This document shows, one piece after another, positions 60,101 to 64,000 of a DNA stretch of 64,000 bases. Source of the stretch: Verrucomicrobiota bacterium (GTDB taxonomy: Bacteria; Verrucomicrobiota; Verrucomicrobiia; Limisphaerales; AAA164-E04). The notes under the pieces are model-generated. The model worked only from the letters and a program-made list of their open reading frames with translations, made no database searches and was not told the origin of the DNA. Where the stretch lies: the NCBI GenBank assembly GCA_047947115.1, contig CP170459.1, positions 64,001 through 128,000 on the forward strand. The letters run 5' to 3'. The translations under genes and the position numbers were made by a program. The number at the start of each line of letters is the position of its first letter. Positions within the stretch are counted from its first letter, which is position 1.

Positions 60101-63100
60101 CCGCTGCTTTCGAATTCCAACAGGAGGTCTTTTGTCAAATGAGAGCTGCGGGTCACAATCAAATTCGCATCATCACCGGACTCACGTATCGTTGCCGGTT
60201 CAATTGCGACATCAAGCGCAGAAGGCAGGATATCGATGGTGATCGTTGCGGGCTCCGAATAAAGTTCACCGTCATAAAGGCGAAACGAAGCTTCCACCAC
60301 TTCTTCATCCCCACCTGCATGATCAAAAAAGATGGTTCTATCCTCGATGGTCCATTCCCCGAGAGAGGGTGGCGGGATCATCCACTCCAATTCCAAAGCC
60401 TGGCCTTCAGGGTCCGTTCCCTCAAAGATCATGGAAGCCTGATCGAAACGATTTAATTCCAGGCTCAAGTTTTCAACCACCGGAGGGTCATTTACTTCCT
60501 GAATCCGAATAAAGACCGTTGCCTCAGAGGACATACCGTTGGGTGCCGTAACCCTGAAACGAAACATGTCATCTCCAAATTGCTGTGAAAAGGGACGGTA
60601 GATGAACTCAGGGAACTGACCATTGAGCGTTCCCCGAGTGGGGAGCTCGACCAGAGCGTAAACAAGTTCTTCAGGGTTGGAGAATTCGGCAGAAAGGACC
60701 ATGGAAAGAGCTTGATTCTCCAGAGTATTAAGCGACATCCCAATGGCAACAGGCACACTGCCTGCCGGGTGCAGGGTAATGGCCACTTCTACAGGGTCAC
60801 TGAAAATCTGTCCATCCCCCACCCGGTAGGTAAAGAGATCCTCACCCATGTAATCTGAATCAGGTTTATAAGTGAGCGAGGGAAGTTCACCTTCCAGCAT
60901 TCCATGCAGTGGGGTTTTGATTATCTGGAAATCCACTGAGTCACCATCGACATCACTGCCAAGAAGACGCAACTCCAGTTCCCTGCCCTGCAGATGGTCC
61001 ATTTGCATTGATTGCGCCACTGGCTTGTCATTGACAGGGATGATCGTGATCAGGACTTCCCCCGCAAACGAGGTTTCCCCCTCATACTGCGCCTCAAAAG
61101 TAAGACGATCCACCCCGTGAAAGTTGGCGGATGGGACATACTCCCAATTGGGACCCTCTCCATGCAATGTTCCGTGGAGTGGAACATCAAGAACCACGTA
61201 AGTCACCTCGGGACCATATCGGTTGGATTGCAGAACAAGATTCACACTCTCATCCTCTCTCACGGTCTGTTGCTGATCCTGCGCAGTAAAGGTTAATTCA
61301 GGCTGAATCACTGTGATCATCACCTGCTCCGTGTCGTTGTAGCCGATCGTATCCGATACCTGAAATTTAAAGGAATCATTTCCAAAATAACCCTCATCGG
61401 AGAGGTAGACCAAGTTGGGAGCTTGCCCGATGAGTTGACCATGCAGCGGGACATTCAGTATCTCGAAGCTCAAAGAATCCCCATCCACATCCTGGCCTCC
61501 CAAAACGAAAGAAACCTCCGCACCTGACGGCACCTCCAATGAAAGAGGATTGGCTTGAGGAGGATCGTTGACGGAGTTTACCGACAGCCGCACTGAGCCA
61601 AAGGACATCAGACCATTGGGTCCGCGCACGAGATACTGCAAGTCGTCCGTTCCGTAGAAATTAGGATACGGCTCGTAGGAAAAACGGGCTCCATCAAGGC
61701 TGAACTGCCCATGCATCGGAGGCTTTAGAAGCTCGTAATCAAGCAATTGAACATCTCCCAGAAAATCGGTTTGCACTGTGAATTGAAGCAAGCGATCCTC
61801 GTCTGTCATCAGATCATACGACTCGGCCTGCAGTCCGTTTGTCTGTGGTTCCACAGCAACCCTTACCGTGGCCACTTCACTGGCGAGACCTTGATTATCA
61901 ATGACCCTGTACGTAAATTGATCCAGATGAGCATAAGTAACAGAGGATTGATAGGTCCAGGTGATGTCCTGCTTTGTCAAACGCCCTTTTTGAGGCCCCT
62001 GAAGGATCTCAAACTTCAGGGAAGTGGAGTCCACATCCGTGGCGGACAGCTGAAAGGAAAGAGGCGTTTCGGGTAAGGTGTTAAAATACATGTCGGCTGT
62101 TACAGGCGCGTCATTGATGGCCTCCACCCACAATCTTACCGTAGCTGGTTGGGATGTATGTTTTTGGTCGGATACCACAAAAGTAATCCGATCTTCTCCA
62201 TGAAAATCATTGTCAGGAGTATATCTTCTCTCTGCGCCACTTCCCTGTAATGCTCCGAACTGGGGTAGTTCCAATACTTCAAAGGTCAGGTTTCCGCTCT
62301 TGGTAAATCCATCGGGATCCAGAACACCCAGGGTCAATTCCAAGGAAGTATCCTCACTCAGGAACCAATCCCGACTGATGGCTTGCGGCGCATCGGGTGC
62401 AGGGAACACTGTAATGCTCAACACGAACGGGTCTGAATCCAGTAAACCATCCGAAGCCACAAAAACAATTTGATCAGGACCGAAATAATTCGGATTTGGT
62501 TCGTAAACCACACGGGGTAACAAACCGGAAACCCTCCCGTGAGCTGGAGGTTCGAGAACGGTGTAGTTCAATGTATCTTGATCCGGATCCATGGCCTCCA
62601 GGACCAGTTCCAGAACCTTGTCCTCCAGGACCTGCCAGTGTTTGGGAAAACCGATCGGGGCATCGTTCAAAGGATCGATCTGAACACTGACGGGTAGCAG
62701 CGCCTTTCCCTGATGCGCATCGACGGCTGCAAGTTCAAACACATCCCCTCCAAAATAATTTGGACGCGGCTGGTAATGCACCTGACCTTGAACGATGCTC
62801 AGCGAGCCATGAAGCGGAGGTGAAATCACCTCGATTTCAAAGGAATCAGACTCAGGATCCGACAGTCCGAAATTAAGTGTCAGACCTTGGTCCTCGATGG
62901 TAGTGAAACTGACACGCGTTGCGCGTGGAGGATCGTTGATGGGGATCACCTCAAAGTCCACCCTTGCTTCTACAGGCGGAGCATGTCCGTCATGAACAAG
63001 ATACCGAAATGTGTCCGAGCCGTGGTAATCGAGGGTTGGTAAATACCGAAGGCTGTCGGGATGAAAAAAACGCGTTGAACCTGCGCGGGATCTCAAGTCC

Positions 63101-64000
63101 GGGTGAGGAATGTCTTCCGGCGCCATTTCCTGATGGATAATCTGCCCATGCAACGGAGCCTCCAACCATTCATAAATCAAGGGATCCTGATCAGGATCCA
63201 TGGCGTTCAAATTGAAGTGAAGAGTTTTATCCTCGCTTAACTTGAAAGATCGATTCACAAAGTTCGGGGATCGGTTGGGACGAATAATGGTGACTAAAAC
63301 TTCTTGCAACAGATGATTGCCCTGCTCATCGATCAACTCAACCACCATACGGTCGCTACCCATGACGTTGGCAAAGGGCAGATAACTGAATTCCGGACCA
63401 GAACCACTGATAGCTCCTTTCAAGGGAGTGACCATCCATTGATAAACGATTGCCTGGAATCCCCCTTCAAGATCCATCGTTGCGGGACCGGGAACGGAAA
63501 CATCCACCCATAGATCAAGAGGGTCGGCCTCGGAAATCTCCGGCCTGGTTCCCTCGGGGTCACTGTTCGAGAAATCTCCATCGCCTACCTGGATTTCCAG
63601 GTCGGCAATCACCCATCGTTCCTGCCCGTTTTCGGCCTCGTAAATCAGATATTCCACGCCCTCAAAATCGGGATCAGGATGGTAGACAACCTGAGGTGGC
63701 AGCCCCTCGAGATAACCATGACGAGGGCTACTTGCGAGTCGGTATGATATGCTCAACCCATCGACTAGGGCAGGACCCAATTGAAGGGGCAATACAGTGT
63801 CTTTGTTGAGCTCAAGCACCTCCGTCCGATGTGGAAGTTCGGCTGCAAAGAATCTCAACGAACCGGCATGCATCTCACTCCGTTCGCCAACCATGCGCTG
63901 CACTGGTGAATGAGGCTCAGTGACCCATTGATGCGTGTAGTGAGCACTTGACTGCGAGTGGAGAAAGGAAAATCCAGTATCCGAAGCTTGAGCGTTACCC
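57151..64000 (-). CDS. Giant surface adhesin-like protein with tandem-95/Big_9 cadherin-like repeats and Calx-beta domains (5' end outside the window)
   Basis: Frame stays open to the window edge. About 13 repeats of ED...D.D.D.L......P.HG......Y.P..NF.G.D.F...V...NDAP; Calx-beta motifs; DGPIAGA.VFFD.NGN domain. Confidence 0.88.
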   Translation of the reverse strand, partial: GNAQASDTGFSFLHSQSSAHYTHQWVTEPHSPVQRMVGERSEMHAGSLRFFAAELPHRTEVLELNKDTVLPLQLGPALVDGLSISYRLASSPRHGYLEGLPPQVVYHPDPDFEGVEYLIYEAENGQERWVIADLEIQVGDGDFSNSDPEGTRPEISEADPLDLWVDVSVPGPATMDLEGGFQAIVYQWMVTPLKGAISGSGPEFSYLPFANVMGSDRMVVELIDEQGNHLLQEVLVTIIRPNRSPNFVNRSFKLSEDKTLHFNLNAMDPDQDPLIYEWLEAPLHGQIIHQEMAPEDIPHPDLRSRAGSTRFFHPDSLRYLPTLDYHGSDTFRYLVHDGHAPPVEARVDFEVIPINDPPRATRVSFTTIEDQGLTLNFGLSDPESDSFEIEVISPPLHGSLSIVQGQVHYQPRPNYFGGDVFELAAVDAHQGKALLPVSVQIDPLNDAPIGFPKHWQVLEDKVLELVLEAMDPDQDTLNYTVLEPPAHGRVSGLLPRVVYEPNPNYFGPDQIVFVASDGLLDSDPFVLSITVFPAPDAPQAISRDWFLSEDTSLELTLGVLDPDGFTKSGNLTFEVLELPQFGALQGSGAERRYTPDNDFHGEDRITFVVSDQKHTSQPATVRLWVEAINDAPVTADMYFNTLPETPLSFQLSATDVDSTSLKFEILQGPQKGRLTKQDITWTYQSSVTYAHLDQFTYRVIDNQGLASEVATVRVAVEPQTNGLQAESYDLMTDEDRLLQFTVQTDFLGDVQLLDYELLKPPMHGQFSLDGARFSYEPYPNFYGTDDLQYLVRGPNGLMSFGSVRLSVNSVNDPPQANPLSLEVPSGAEVSFVLGGQDVDGDSLSFEILNVPLHGQLIGQAPNLVYLSDEGYFGNDSFKFQVSDTIGYNDTEQVMITVIQPELTFTAQDQQQTVREDESVNLVLQSNRYGPEVTYVVLDVPLHGTLHGEGPNWEYVPSANFHGVDRLTFEAQYEGETSFAGEVLITIIPVNDKPVAQSMQMDHLQGRELELRLLGSDVDGDSVDFQIIKTPLHGMLEGELPSLTYKPDSDYMGEDLFTYRVGDGQIFSDPVEVAITLHPAGSVPVAIGMSLNTLENQALSMVLSAEFSNPEELVYALVELPTRGTLNGQFPEFIYRPFSQQFGDDMFRFRVTAPNGMSSEATVFIRIQEVNDPPVVENLSLELNRFDQASMIFEGTDPEGQALELEWMIPPPSLGEWTIEDRTIFFDHAGGDEEVVEASFRLYDGELYSEPATITIDILPSALDVAIEPATIRESGDDANLIVTRSSHLTKDLLLEFESSGRDRIQFASSFILPAGQEQISLPVSAIEDGIAFESLPVEIRILSHGFEPAVLTLMVEDDDVPELRLDSPVEWATEGGQAIPLQFSLNTPIPPERVLVYFSTDAPFDIDFPKTLILSGDSMQATIEVSVPDNTISEGDASFQLFAEAQGLSASLSMTVKDKDVSHDMRVEDGPIAGAMVFFDINGNRLREEQEPLSQTDQNGRFLMNLPVGDFDRDGDGMVNERDGQFVSQGGVDIASGLPFQGTLLAPPSAEVLTPLTTLVSRLMDQDPAISERNASEKVQEALGIAPDLDILTFDMYGELAKGNPRSLELIEPAIKIQDTLSQSGAYIQATLGETAAGAFNRLSSVLAEKINRGEAFNLEDASQVASLISEATTGKGLINQQTHFLTVVEAISLGNKIKKQIVEQDLNLQDVVGDLARSQTLVQSALIPDLHKLVQGEITTETMGQTYAVELYESQIAEQWIGSLSEADTRSGTFAFSKPEYRVTESGIAIEPVRIIRSEGSLGEVDLWVYPKSLTALIPSDLLAHPVRVHFENHQISAELDISGLLVDDDLEETIEVFELSLEIIDPQRTHARISQAGTTEVELIDNDATGVFGFAMVEDKVEESKASTRVWMIERQGGVKGEVVLSIELLEASEGCQSGVDFELTSSQVIFADGEFEKPIPVRILEDDEVEADEFIRLELKVQSAQSSDQKEGLLFSNMFSITVVNDDVDMPPSILGPELIELEEDSMIPPVMFTLNDDRTAIDQLGIRILSDNQKLIRDESITWEHDDQEGYRFFVSNLEPKANGQTQLTIEVDDGTSTTAHVIVIEVKPQNDLPLITGLPPLVEVSDDTVNVVFQVEDLETPSENLFVYFTGQIPDFLLTDIFKIDFFGKDNVLKVSRPDGLFGKHPIRIFVLDGDGLGYGQEITIDFGVNPEPVEFPVLKFQLVDSTVIEMSWEGDYQLWNAINLKSTFELIEGARSPYRAPLNGTGFFLLRSEQIP

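Noticed and set aside
1..64000. CRISPR array or cas locus, prompted by the Cas4-like DinG fusion
   Set aside because: No regularly spaced repeats or other cas genes were seen. This nuclease-helicase fusion is a common stand-alone gene.

Overview
Chromosomal window from what looks like a Verrucomicrobia/PVC bacterium. This is inferred from the PSD1/PSCyt cytochrome protein, two DUF1559-type prepilin-like genes, a CotH/lamin-tail protein and the C-terminal motifs of the large secreted proteins. Both edges fall inside large secreted multidomain genes. Between them are a HigBA toxin-antitoxin pair, sugar and amino-acid catabolic enzymes (amidohydrolase, GH33 sialidase, ApnL-like lactonase, enolase-superfamily dehydratase), a P-type ATPase, a Ca/Na antiporter, an ECF sigma cluster, a partner-switching module, an ABC transporter and a nuclease-DinG helicase. 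There are also several eroded pseudogenes (czcC/czcA, a DUF3686-like ATPase, a His-rich leader). Right of tRNA-Ser(CGA) is an AT-richer, island-like segment holding a phage-like HTH gene, a five-gene CsgG/COG3014/YcfL/LpoB envelope operon and three IS elements. One ISL3 is nested inside an IS630, and an IS4 splits a small double-zinc-motif membrane gene. All IS ends and target duplications can be read directly. The main second-look items are the heavily base-paired ~265-nt non-coding end of the recently duplicated ISL3, the reconstructable double-zinc-motif gene, an orphan IS4 end, a covarying REP-like repeat, serial deletions in czc, and a possible shared C-terminal sorting motif. Family assignments come from motif recognition by eye, not database searches.
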